Shown: one piece after another, positions 27,849 to 36,784 of the stretch
Numbering within the stretch: position 1 is the stretch's first letter
How the letters are laid out: every line of letters begins with the position of its first letter
Assembly (NCBI RefSeq): GCF_004353825.1
Contig: NZ_SMNA01000003.1
Span: 1 to 64,000 of the forward strand
Source: Occultella glacieicola
GTDB taxonomy: Bacteria > Actinomycetota > Actinomycetes > Actinomycetales > Beutenbergiaceae
Reading direction: 5' to 3'
Length of the DNA stretch: 64,000 bases
The notes under the pieces: model-generated
Databases searched by the model: none
Seen by the model: the letters and a program-made list of their open reading frames with translations, nothing else
Told to the model about the DNA's origin: nothing
Program-made: the position numbers and the translations under genes

Positions 27849-28978
27849 CCACCACGTTCGCCGTCGTCGGCATCCACGGGTTCGGCAGCCACCACCTGCG
27901 CGAACTCGTCGAGCTCAGCGCGGACGGCCTCGCCGAGGTGATCGCCGTCGCCGACCCGCGCGGCGCCGAGGGTGCCGACAACGTGCCCTCGACGGCCCGT
28001 GCGTATGAGGACCTGACCGCGCTCCTCGCCGCCGAGAGCCCTGACGTCGTGATCATCGCGACACCGATCCACACGCATCTGCCGCTCGCGGTCGAGGCGC
28101 TGCGGGCAGGCTCCCACGTGCTCCTGGAGAAGCCGACGACGGCGTCCCTCGCCGAGCTCGAACAACTGATCGCGGTCTCGGCCGAGACCGGCCGGTCGGT
28201 GCAGGTCGGGTTCCAGAGCTTCGGGTCGCACGCACTGCCGGCCATCGACGAGCTCGTCGCCGGTGGGGAGATTGGCGAACTCGTCGGCGTCGGTGGCGTC
28301 GGCACGTGGCTGCGGGACACCCGGTACTACGCCCGCTCCCGCTGGGCCGGGCGCCGCACCCTGGACGGCGTCGCGGTGGTCGACGGCGCCGTCACGAACC
28401 CGCTCGCGCACGCCGTGGCCACGGCGCTGCGGATCGCGGGCGCGACCACCACGACGGACGTCGCCGAGGTGGTCGTCGACCTGTACCACGCGCACGACAT
28501 CGAGGCGGACGACACCTCGGCCGTGCGGCTGCGCACCACGAGTGGCATTCCGGTGGCGCTCGGTCTCTCCCTGACGTCCGCGACACAGAGCGCGCCGAGG
28601 CTGATCGTGCGCGGCACCCGCGGAACGGCCGAGCTGAGCTACACCGACGACGTCCTGACCGTCCGCACCCCTGACGGAGTGCGCACCGAGAAGTTCGAGC
28701 GGACCAGCCTGCAGCGCAACCTCGTCGACCACGTCACCACCGGCACCCCTCTGCTCGCGGACGCCCGGGACACCGGCGCGTTCATCCGGGTGCTCGAGGC
28801 GGTCCGCACGGCACCGGACCCGACGCCGATCCCGGCCGAGTACGTGCAGTGGCGCGACGACGAGCACGGTCGCCACCCGGTGGTGACCGACGTCGAGGCG
28901 TGGTGCGAACGGGTCGCCGCCGAGTACGCCACGTTCTCCGAACTCGGGGCACCGTGGGCCACCCGGCCCCGGCCGTGA
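27845..28978 (+). CDS. Gfo/Idh/MocA oxidoreductase
   Basis: VGIHGFG, IATPIHTH, LLEKP, VGFQ, NPLAH. Confidence 0.92.
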   Translation: MTTTFAVVGIHGFGSHHLRELVELSADGLAEVIAVADPRGAEGADNVPSTARAYEDLTALLAAESPDVVIIATPIHTHLPLAVEALRAGSHVLLEKPTTASLAELEQLIAVSAETGRSVQVGFQSFGSHALPAIDELVAGGEIGELVGVGGVGTWLRDTRYYARSRWAGRRTLDGVAVVDGAVTNPLAHAVATALRIAGATTTTDVAEVVVDLYHAHDIEADDTSAVRLRTTSGIPVALGLSLTSATQSAPRLIVRGTRGTAELSYTDDVLTVRTPDGVRTEKFERTSLQRNLVDHVTTGTPLLADARDTGAFIRVLEAVRTAPDPTPIPAEYVQWRDDEHGRHPVVTDVEAWCERVAAEYATFSELGAPWATRPRP

Positions 28979-29607
28979 CCGGGCTCGGTTCGCCCGAACC
29001 GGGCGCCGTGCTCTGGGACGCCGACGGCGTGCTGCAGGACCTGCCCGGCGGCTGGGTGGCCGCGATGGCCGAGTTCGTGCCGGAGCAGACGCAGGAATTC
29101 CTCGCCGACGCCTGGCGCACCGAACGCCCGACCATCTCCGGCCAGGGTCGGTGGCCGGACCTCCTCGGGGAGGTGCTGGCCCGCTGGGATCTGGTGCACC
29201 ACTACGACGGCATCCTGGGGGTCTGGCACCGGATGGAGGCCTCGGCCGAGTCGGTCTCGCTCGTCACGCAGGTCCGGGCGGCGGGCCCGCGCTGCGCCCT
29301 CGCCACGAACCAGGACGCCGCCCGCGCCGAGGTGATGCAGGCCGAGTTCGACTACGCCACGCTCTTCGACGCCACGTACTACTCCTGTGACCTCGGCGTG
29401 GCGAAACCGGATCCTGCCTACTTCCGGCTCGTGCTCGACGATCTCGGGCTGGACCCGGAACAGGCACTGTTCATCGACGACACGGCACGCAACGTGGCCG
29501 CGGCCCGCGAGCTCGGGCTGCGGGCGGAGCAATGGTCGATCGCCGAGGGCCACGACGTGTTGCGTGGCCACCTGCGTAGGCACGCAGCACTGCCGGCGGC
29601 CGATTAG
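28975..29607 (+). CDS. HAD-family hydrolase
   Basis: WDADGVL, ATNQ, KPDP, FIDD..NV. Confidence 0.88.
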   Translation: MTGLGSPEPGAVLWDADGVLQDLPGGWVAAMAEFVPEQTQEFLADAWRTERPTISGQGRWPDLLGEVLARWDLVHHYDGILGVWHRMEASAESVSLVTQVRAAGPRCALATNQDAARAEVMQAEFDYATLFDATYYSCDLGVAKPDPAYFRLVLDDLGLDPEQALFIDDTARNVAAARELGLRAEQWSIAEGHDVLRGHLRRHAALPAAD

Positions 29608-29666
29608 GGCGGTCCCTCCCGACCCGTCGCCGCCGACCGACCCGACCGGCTGCCGTCGAGCCGCAG

Positions 29667-30710
29667 TCAGGCCGGCGCGAGCCGCCCCGTCTCGACCGCG
29701 GCCGCGGTGTCCTGCGTCACCAGGGCGGCGTTGATCTGCGCACCCGCCCGCATGCCGGCCGCGGCCGCCGTGATGACCTGCGTGCTCACATCGGCGACGT
29801 TCCCAGCGGCCCAGAGCCCCGGCACCGACGTCTCCCCCTTCGCGTCGGTGGGCAGGTAGGTCCCGAACACGGTCCCGCCGACCTCGAAGTCCTCGGCCCG
29901 CAGGCCCAACCCCTCCAACGGCCCCACCTGTGCGAACACGCGGGTCTGCACCGCGAGGGCGGCCCGTGGCACGAACGAACCCGACGCCAGACGGACCCCG
30001 GTGAGCCGGTCGTCGGCGCTCTCGACGGCCGCGACGGCCCCGTCGACGACGGCGATCCCGCGGGCGGACAATTGCTCCCACTCGGCCTCGGTCGGCTCGA
30101 GAACGTCGTTGAGGAACAGCGTCACGTCGGCGCTCCACTGGCGCAGCAGCAGCACCTGGTGCATGGCCATCGGCGTGGATGCGAGGACCCCGACCGCCTG
30201 ATCGCGGACCTCCCAGCCGTGGCAGTACGGGCAGTGCAGCACGTCCCGTCCGAAGCGCTCCGCCAGGCCCGGGAGGTCGGGGAGCTCGTCGCGGGCGCCG
30301 GTGGCGAGCAGCACGTGCCGGGCCCCGGTGCGGCGGCCGTCGTCGAGCCTCACCTCGAACCCACCGTCGGCACCCCGGTCGACGGCGGTGACCAGTCCCG
30401 CGGTCACCTCGCCGCCGTAACCGCCCACCTCCCTGCGGCCGATGGCGACCAGGTCCGCCGGCGGGGTGCCCTCGCGACCCAGGTAGTTGTGGACGCCGTC
30501 CGCCGGGGTGTTGCGCGGTTGCCCGGCATCCACGACGAGGACGCTGCGCCGGGCGCGCGCGAGGGTCAGCGCGGCGCTCAGACCCGCCGCCGCGCCGCCG
30601 ATCACCACCACGTCGTAGCGGTCGCGTAGTCCGGCGGCGTCGGGTGCGGGGTTCGGGTTCGGGTTCGGGTTCGGGTTCGGGTTCGGGTTCGGGTTCGGGT
30701 TCGTCTGCAC
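29667..30710 (-). CDS. NAD(P)/FAD-dependent oxidoreductase (TrxB-like) with N-terminal (NP)9 repeat
   Basis: AGGAG RBS + GTG; DVVVIGGAAAGL, LATG, HCPYCHG, TSVPGLWAAGN. Confidence 0.9.
   Translation of the reverse strand: MQTNPNPNPNPNPNPNPNPNPAPDAAGLRDRYDVVVIGGAAAGLSAALTLARARRSVLVVDAGQPRNTPADGVHNYLGREGTPPADLVAIGRREVGGYGGEVTAGLVTAVDRGADGGFEVRLDDGRRTGARHVLLATGARDELPDLPGLAERFGRDVLHCPYCHGWEVRDQAVGVLASTPMAMHQVLLLRQWSADVTLFLNDVLEPTEAEWEQLSARGIAVVDGAVAAVESADDRLTGVRLASGSFVPRAALAVQTRVFAQVGPLEGLGLRAEDFEVGGTVFGTYLPTDAKGETSVPGLWAAGNVADVSTQVITAAAAGMRAGAQINAALVTQDTAAAVETGRLAPA
30649..30702. repeat. Perfect hexanucleotide tandem repeat (GGGTTC)9
   Basis: Nine exact copies read directly. Confidence 0.97.
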
Positions 30711-30808
30711 GGTGGGCTCCTGGCGTTCGGTCGGCCTGGACGGCCGGGCTCTGTTGAGAATTGATCTCGTTAGTATTGGACACCACGCCGCCAGGATCGC
30801 CAACGATC

Positions 30809-30825
30809 TTTGCCGGTCTGGCAAA
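30809..30825. promoter_or_regulatory. Putative XRE operator
   Basis: TTTGCC-N5-GGCAAA between divergent oxidoreductase and XRE genes. Confidence 0.55.
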
Positions 30826-30834
30826 CTCGACCCC

Positions 30835-31437
30835 ATGACGACCACGGAGCAAGCGACCGAACTCGGCGACGTACTGGACGCCGTCGGCCCGCGGTTACGT
30901 TCCCTGCGTACCCGCCGAGGCACCAGCCTCACCGATCTGTCGGAGACCACCGGGATCTCGGTGAGCACGCTGTCCCGTCTGGAGACCGGACGGCGCCGTC
31001 CGACGCTGGAGCTCCTGCTGCCACTCGCCCGCGCCTATCAGGTGACCCTCGACGACCTCGTCGGCGCGCCCGAGACCGCGGACCCGCGCGTGCACATCCG
31101 CCCCGTGATCCACCACGGCGTGGCGCACGTGCCGCTCACCCGCCGGGTCGGCGGTCAGCTCGCGGCGAAGCTCATCCTGCCGCCGGTCGAGGTCGTCACG
31201 CCGCCGGACCTGCAGACCCACGACGGCTACGAATGGCTGTACGTGCTGAGCGGGCGGCTGCGGTTGATCCTCGGCGAGCATGACGTCGTGCTGACCGAGG
31301 GCGAGGTGGCCGAGTTCAACTGCCGCACCACCCCGCACTGGTTCGGCAACCCCGGACCCGGCCCGACGGAACTGCTGAGCATCTTCGGCCCCCAAGGGGA
31401 GCGCATCCACGTGCGCGCCCGCCCGAGGACACGGTAG
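30835..31437 (+). CDS. XRE-family HTH + cupin regulator
   Basis: VGPRLRSLR..ISVSTLSRLETG.RRPTLE, HDGYEWLYVLSG, PHWFG. Confidence 0.92.
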   Translation: MTTTEQATELGDVLDAVGPRLRSLRTRRGTSLTDLSETTGISVSTLSRLETGRRRPTLELLLPLARAYQVTLDDLVGAPETADPRVHIRPVIHHGVAHVPLTRRVGGQLAAKLILPPVEVVTPPDLQTHDGYEWLYVLSGRLRLILGEHDVVLTEGEVAEFNCRTTPHWFGNPGPGPTELLSIFGPQGERIHVRARPRTR

Positions 31438-31582
31438 GCACACCGCCCCTCGTGGGAGTCGCACGCGGACGTCCGGCCGACCGAGCCGGTTCCAGCCGAC
31501 CGCCTGAAGCCCCTGCTCCGGCCGGTCACACCGTCCGCCGTAGGGTGTTCCGGGTGAGGTCCGACCCGCCGACGGTGAGACG

Positions 31583-33100
31583 ATGACCCGCGACCGCAGA
31601 ACCCCCGTGCTCATCGCCCTGATCCTGACGATGGCGCTGGTGGCGATGGACACCACGATCGTGGCCACCGCGATCCCCCAGGTGGTCGCGGACCTGGGTG
31701 GGTTCTCCGCCGTCGGCTGGGTGTTCTCCGTCTACCTGCTGGCGCAGACGGTGACGATCCCGGTCTACGGCAAGCTCGCCGACCTCTACGGGCGCAAGCC
31801 GGTCCTCGTGGTCGGGGTCTCGATCTTCCTGCTCGGCTCGCTGCTGTCCGCCGCGTCGCCGGACATGCTCACGCTGATCCTGTTCCGGGCCCTGCAGGGG
31901 GTCGGCGCCGGGGCCATCGGTGCCACCGTGAACACGATCGCCGGCGACCTCTACAGCGTCGCCGAGCGGGGCCGGGTACAGGGCTGGCTCGCCAGCGTGT
32001 GGGGCATCTCCGCCGTCGCCGCGCCAACCCTCGGTGGTCTGTTCGCGCAGTATCTGAGCTGGCGCTGGATCTTCCTGGTCAACCTGCCCCTCGGGGCGCT
32101 CGCCCTCACCCTGATCGTGCGCGGCCTGCACGAGGACGTGATCAGGCGGCGGCACCGGATCGACTACGCCGGCACCGTGCTGCTGCTGATCGCGGCGAGC
32201 CTGCTCATCCTGGGCCTGCTGCAGGGCGGGACCGCGTGGGCCTGGGACTCCGTCACGAGCGTGGTCGTGTTCGCCCTCGCGATCGGCGCCGGCGCCGCCT
32301 ACGTGCTGGTGGAGCACCGGGCCGCGGAGCCGATGATGCCGCCCTGGCTGTGGCGCACCCGCGTCACGGCAGGGTCCTACCTCGCCACCCTGACCGCGGG
32401 ACTGATGGTGATCGGGCTATCGGTGTTCCTGCCGAACTGGGGCCAGATCGTGCTCGGCCTGCCCCCGGTGTCGGCCGGCTTCGTGCTGGCGGCGATGTCG
32501 ATCACCTGGCCGACCGCCTCGGGGCTGTCCGCCCGCCTGTACCTGCGGATCGGATTCCGCGACACGGCCCTGGTCGGCGCGGTCTTCGCGCTGCTCGCCG
32601 GCGTGGTGTTCGCCCTGCTCGGCCCCGGTGCCCCGGTCTGGCAGCCGGTACTCGGGGCCGCGCTGCTCGGAGCCGGGATGGGCCTGATCACGTCCCCGCT
32701 GATGGTCGGGCTGCAGTCCACGGTGGGATGGGGTGAGCGGGGCGTGGTGACCGGTGGCGCGGTGTTCGCCAGGTTCCTCGGTCAGAGTGTCGGGGCAGCG
32801 GTCTTCGGCGCGCTGACCAATGCCGTGCTCCTGGACCGGCTCGCGACGGCGCCGGCCGGTCTGGCCGAGGATCTCCCGACCGACGTGGACGGCGTCAGTG
32901 CCTATCTTGCCGAGGCGCACCCCCGGCCGGAGGTCGCCGAGTTCCTGCGACTGGCCGTACACGATGCCACCCACGCGGTCTTCCTCGGGCTGCTGGTCGC
33001 GGCGGTCCTGACGGTGTTGGCGCTCGTGTTCGTGGTGCCACGCCGATTCCCGACCGTGGCCGAGGACCCGAATCCGACGAGTGCGCCACCGAGTCGTTGA
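31583..33100 (+). CDS. MFS drug:H+ antiporter (DHA2, 14-TM type)
   Basis: MDTTIVATAIP, YGKLADLYGRK, FRALQGVG, WRWIFLVNLP. Confidence 0.92.
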   Translation: MTRDRRTPVLIALILTMALVAMDTTIVATAIPQVVADLGGFSAVGWVFSVYLLAQTVTIPVYGKLADLYGRKPVLVVGVSIFLLGSLLSAASPDMLTLILFRALQGVGAGAIGATVNTIAGDLYSVAERGRVQGWLASVWGISAVAAPTLGGLFAQYLSWRWIFLVNLPLGALALTLIVRGLHEDVIRRRHRIDYAGTVLLLIAASLLILGLLQGGTAWAWDSVTSVVVFALAIGAGAAYVLVEHRAAEPMMPPWLWRTRVTAGSYLATLTAGLMVIGLSVFLPNWGQIVLGLPPVSAGFVLAAMSITWPTASGLSARLYLRIGFRDTALVGAVFALLAGVVFALLGPGAPVWQPVLGAALLGAGMGLITSPLMVGLQSTVGWGERGVVTGGAVFARFLGQSVGAAVFGALTNAVLLDRLATAPAGLAEDLPTDVDGVSAYLAEAHPRPEVAEFLRLAVHDATHAVFLGLLVAAVLTVLALVFVVPRRFPTVAEDPNPTSAPPSR

Positions 33101-33171
33101 CGACGACCCGGGGCGACCTCCGCGTTCCGGGTGCAGGAATTCGACGTGACAGTCCGGGTAAGGTGCCTGAC

Positions 33172-33237
33172 ATGTACCAGACGTCGCGTTCCGCCGCGGC
33201 CGCGCGAGCTATCCGCTCGCCGGCTGCCGCTGCCTGA
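33172..33237 (+). CDS. Putative Ala-rich leader peptide MYQTSRSAAAARAIRSPAAAA
   Basis: 21 codons, 9 Ala; TAAGGT -10-like box at 33159-33164, 7 nt before ATG; directly upstream of AlaRS-like gene. Confidence 0.75.
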   Translation: MYQTSRSAAAARAIRSPAAAA

Positions 33238-33334
33238 CGTCCACCCACGCACACCGGCGACCGGAAACGGTCCGCCGGTGTCATGCTGTTCAGGCAGTGC
33301 CATCGGGCTCCTTTCCGGTCGTCTCCCGAAAGGA
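33230..33334 (+). promoter_or_regulatory. Putative translational attenuator (alternative helices)
   Basis: CTGCCTGA/TCAGGCAG; ACACCGGCG/CGCCGGTGT hairpin with GAAA loop; CGACCGGAAA/TTTCCGGTCG; TCCTTTC/GAAAGGA (SD). Confidence 0.75.
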
Positions 33335-33342
33335 CCACTCCC

Positions 33343-34536
33343 TTGAGCCTCGACCAGACCTTCATCGACTTCTTCGTCCAGCACGGTCACATCCCGACCA
33401 CGGGATCCTCGCTGATCCCGCGCCCCGGCGACCCTGTGCTCTTCACGACCGCCGGCATGCATCCGCTGACGCCCTTCCTGGAGGGTGAGCCGCATCCACT
33501 CGGGCGACGGCTCGTCGGGGTCCAGCGATGCCTGCGCACCACCGACCTCGACGAGATCGGCGACCCGACCCACCTCACCGTGTTCGAGATGCTCGGCTCC
33601 TGGTCGCTCGGCGACTACGGCAGCGAGCAGAGCCTGCGCTGGGGATACGAGGTGCTCCGCGACAGGCTGGGCGTCGACCCCGACCGGATGCACGCCACCG
33701 TCTTCGGTGGCAACGACGAGGTCGAGCTCGACCTGGAGTCGCTGGACACCTGGCGCAGCCTCGGCGTCCCGGTCGAGCTGACCACCGAGGACAACTGGTG
33801 GTCGAACGGCCCGGCCGGTCCGTGCGGCCCGGACTCGGAGATCTTCCTGTGGACCGGCGATGGCTCACCGGAGGGCACGCCGACCAGCGACGACCGCTGG
33901 ATCGAGGTGTGGAACCACGTCATGGTGCGCTTCCGTCGGCACCAGGACGGGTCGCTGGAACCGCTGCCGCAACACAACATCGACACCGGCCTCGGCCTGG
34001 AGCGGCTCAGCATGCTGCTCGAGGGCAAGCGGTCCGTCTACGAGACCGAACTGTTCGAGCCATGGATGCGGCTCCTGCCCGAACTGTGGAGGCTGGACGA
34101 GGAGTCCGAGCGGATCGTGATCGACCACCTCCGCTCGAGCATCGTCATCATCGGCGACGGCGTCCGGCCGTCGAACACCGGACGCGGCTACGTGCTGCGC
34201 CGGCTGATCCGGCGGGTGCTGACCCTGCTGTGGCAGGTCGATCGGTCCAGGACGCTCGTCGATCTGCCGCTGGAGGTGGTCGAGCACACGCTGCGACACT
34301 TCCACCAGGATGAGGGCATGACGCTGGTGCAGCAGGTGCTGGTCGACGAGGAGGTCCGGTTCACCGACCTGCTCCAGCGGGGCAGGCGGATCCTCGGCAG
34401 CGACCGCTTCCGGAAGACCCTCGACGAAGAGGACTTCGAGTATCTGCACCAGACCCACGGACTCCCGCGGGAACTCGTCCGATCGCTGATCGCGCAAGAG
34501 AGTGGAGCGTCGGACGCTCCTCTCTCGCTGATCTAG
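33343..34536 (+). CDS. Short alanyl-tRNA synthetase paralogue (aminoacylation domain only, 397 aa)
   Basis: LFTTAGMHP, QRCLRTTDLDEIG..HLTVFEMLG, GPCGPDSEIF, EVWNHV, IDTGLGLERL, DHLRS, GRGYVLRRLIRR; no editing or C-Ala domain; TTG start after GAAAGGA. Confidence 0.9.
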   Translation: MSLDQTFIDFFVQHGHIPTTGSSLIPRPGDPVLFTTAGMHPLTPFLEGEPHPLGRRLVGVQRCLRTTDLDEIGDPTHLTVFEMLGSWSLGDYGSEQSLRWGYEVLRDRLGVDPDRMHATVFGGNDEVELDLESLDTWRSLGVPVELTTEDNWWSNGPAGPCGPDSEIFLWTGDGSPEGTPTSDDRWIEVWNHVMVRFRRHQDGSLEPLPQHNIDTGLGLERLSMLLEGKRSVYETELFEPWMRLLPELWRLDEESERIVIDHLRSSIVIIGDGVRPSNTGRGYVLRRLIRRVLTLLWQVDRSRTLVDLPLEVVEHTLRHFHQDEGMTLVQQVLVDEEVRFTDLLQRGRRILGSDRFRKTLDEEDFEYLHQTHGLPRELVRSLIAQESGASDAPLSLI

Positions 34537-34545
34537 TACCCGGCG

Positions 34546-34581
34546 GGCTGATCTCGCCCACGCGCAGGGGCGAGATCAGCC
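34546..34581. terminator. 14-bp hairpin between convergent AlaRS-like and rsmD genes
   Basis: GGCTGATCTCGCCC / GGGCGAGATCAGCC. Confidence 0.65.
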
Positions 34582-34595
34582 ACGCAGGTGCGATC

Positions 34596-35162
34596 TCACC
34601 GGGGGTCGCCGGCGGTGGTCGCGAACCACAGCGTCGTGTCGCCGTAGGTCTTCTCGCCGTCCGGGGTCAGCCCGTCCGGCCAGACGGGCTCCCCTGACCG
34701 GCCGGCCCGTTCGACCACGACCACGGCGCCCGGAGCGAGCCAACCCGGAAGCACCAGCGCAGCCAGCACCTCGTCGAGGCCGCCGAGGTCGTAGGGAGGG
34801 TCCGCCAGCACGAGGTCGAAGGGGCCGCCGGGCGGGTCGCCGCCGAGGTAACGCTCCGCTCGGGTCGCGACCACCCGGACCCGGTCCGCGAGGCCCACCT
34901 GCGCGGCATTGGCCCGGCACAGTGCGGCGGCGGCCTTCGCCGCCTCGACCGCGACCACCTCGGCGGCGCCGCGGCTCGCGGCCTCCAGCCCGAGCGCACC
35001 GGAGCCGGCGTACAGGTCGAGCACCCGGGCCCCGCGGACCACGCCGAGATGGTCGAGCCGGGAGAACAGGGCCTCCCTGACCCGTTCGCTGGTGGGCCGG
35101 GTCCCGGCCGGCGGCACCTTGAGGGTCCGGCCGCCCGCGGAGCCGGCGACGATCCTGGTCAC
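34596..35162 (-). CDS. rsmD: 16S rRNA m2G966 methyltransferase
   Basis: TRIVAG, TRPTSERVREALF, LDLYAGSGALGLEA, DPPY. Confidence 0.95.
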   Translation of the reverse strand: MTRIVAGSAGGRTLKVPPAGTRPTSERVREALFSRLDHLGVVRGARVLDLYAGSGALGLEAASRGAAEVVAVEAAKAAAALCRANAAQVGLADRVRVVATRAERYLGGDPPGGPFDLVLADPPYDLGGLDEVLAALVLPGWLAPGAVVVVERAGRSGEPVWPDGLTPDGEKTYGDTTLWFATTAGDPR

Positions 35163-36784
35163 CGCGGTCCCGCGGCCTTCTGCGCCTCGGTCGCCCGCTC
35201 CATCATCGAGGGCTTCTTCTCGTCCTTGACATGGGTCGCGATCGCGAACGCGATGGCCGAGGTTGCGGCCTGCAGCCACACGAGCACGAACGTGGGGCCG
35301 AACGCGATCAAGGCGATGAGGGTCGGGATCAGGCAGATCACCACGAGGTCGGGGCCGCGGGCGAAGGCCAGCAGCACCCCGGGCGGCACCGGACCCATCG
35401 GGCCCGTCACCAGTGGCTTGGTCCAGTCCGGCGGCTTCCGGTACGCCGCCCGGACCACACCGGCGGCGAAGGTGGGGGCGGCGATCACGCCGAGCGCGAT
35501 CCAGCCGGGCAGGTTGCCATGGGTGGCGCCCCAGACTGCGAACACCCCGGCGGACCAGAGCACCATGATGACGCCCGGCAGAATGATCCGGACCCGGCGC
35601 ACGTCGAACGCGGAGATCGGGAAGAACCGGTCCAGCACCGGCGCCATCTCGGCGCGGCGGGCGCTCTCGGCGGTGGCCATCGCGGCCAGGTACCCGCCGA
35701 GGAGCAGGGTCGTCACGTTGACCCAGGTCGGCCAGCCGGCGAGCAGCGCCATCAGGGCCAGGGAAGCCGCGACCACGATCTGGATGAGGTGACGCGGTGA
35801 CCGGGACAGCACCAGGGCGTCGCCGGTGACGATCGCACTCACGGGGCCACGGACCCAGGCCATACGAGCCGACCGGCGGCGCTGGTCCGGAGCGGTGCTC
35901 CCGCTCAGCGCCCGGCCGAGTTCCCGGGTGTCCATCGAGGTCACCGCACCGGCGGCGTAGGCCGAGACCGCGCCCCGGGCCCGCAGTTCCCGGCCGGAGA
36001 TCGCGTTCAGGCCGGTGTCCACCCGGACCAACAGGGCCACCACCAGAACGGCAAGCACGGCGATCGCGACCACGGCCACCGTGCCGGTCGGCATCATCAG
36101 CGGCGGCGGACGCACGAACACCACGGCCAGTCCGAGGACCGGCCCGGCGGCCATCAGGATGTCGCCGATCAGCGCGGCCGGGCGCACCCGCCGGGCCCGC
36201 TTGTTGCCGAGCTGTACCTGCCCGGCCGCGGCGGCGAGCGCGAGCGCGGCTCCACCCAGGGTGCTGAGGACGACGATCGAACCGAGCGCCGGTCCCGGCT
36301 CCCCGAGCGCCAGGAACCCGATCAGGAGCCCACCGGCGGCGCCGACCGCGGCGCCCATGATCGGCACCAGCACCGACCGGGGGCGCAGCAGTCCCCGGCG
36401 GTCCGCCGGCGTCGGTAGCCACCAGACGGCCTGACCGCCGCCCATTCCGACCGGGCCGATCCGACCCGCGAGCCCCACGATCGCCCCGGCCACGATGAGG
36501 GTGGTGACCACGGCGAGCCAGGTCGGATCGAGCGTGTGCACCTCCGGGCCGGGGGTGAGGGTGGCGTTCAGGCCCTGCACCGCACCGAGCGCGATCGCCA
36601 GGGCGATGGCGGCGCTGAACACCACCGAGTAGACCTCCGAGATGACCTCGAAGTAGCTCCCACCGGTGTGCGCGTCGGTCGCGTCCCGGGTCAGCGAGCG
36701 CAGCTGCCGGCCATTCGGCCAGGCGTCGTCGTCGCCCCGAGGGTCCTCGACCGGCCGGGTCTCGTCGGCGTCCGTGGTGCTCAC
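35159..36784 (-). CDS. DUF6297-like multi-TM membrane protein
   Basis: Many TM helices; translationally coupled to ABC ATPase and rsmD. Confidence 0.75.
   Translation of the reverse strand: MSTTDADETRPVEDPRGDDDAWPNGRQLRSLTRDATDAHTGGSYFEVISEVYSVVFSAAIALAIALGAVQGLNATLTPGPEVHTLDPTWLAVVTTLIVAGAIVGLAGRIGPVGMGGGQAVWWLPTPADRRGLLRPRSVLVPIMGAAVGAAGGLLIGFLALGEPGPALGSIVVLSTLGGAALALAAAAGQVQLGNKRARRVRPAALIGDILMAAGPVLGLAVVFVRPPPLMMPTGTVAVVAIAVLAVLVVALLVRVDTGLNAISGRELRARGAVSAYAAGAVTSMDTRELGRALSGSTAPDQRRRSARMAWVRGPVSAIVTGDALVLSRSPRHLIQIVVAASLALMALLAGWPTWVNVTTLLLGGYLAAMATAESARRAEMAPVLDRFFPISAFDVRRVRIILPGVIMVLWSAGVFAVWGATHGNLPGWIALGVIAAPTFAAGVVRAAYRKPPDWTKPLVTGPMGPVPPGVLLAFARGPDLVVICLIPTLIALIAFGPTFVLVWLQAATSAIAFAIATHVKDEKKPSMMERATEAQKAAGPR

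Noticed and set aside
30649..30702. Possible CRISPR or telomere-like array
   Set aside because: Simple hexamer repeat with no spacers, and no cas genes in the window.
28639..30852. 737-aa ORF with an EPEPEP repeat
   Set aside because: Alternative frame of the (GGGTTC)9 repeat and the oxidoreductase; the NP frame has the RBS and the FAD motifs.
33101..33342. T-box riboswitch upstream of the AlaRS-like gene
   Set aside because: No T-box consensus (GGTGGNACCGCG) or specifier stem seen; the uORF plus SD-sequestering helices explain the region better.
33283..33342. ATG 33283 as AlaRS-like start
   Set aside because: No SD, lies inside the attenuator, and the extension is not AlaRS-like; TTG 33343 follows GAAAGGA.
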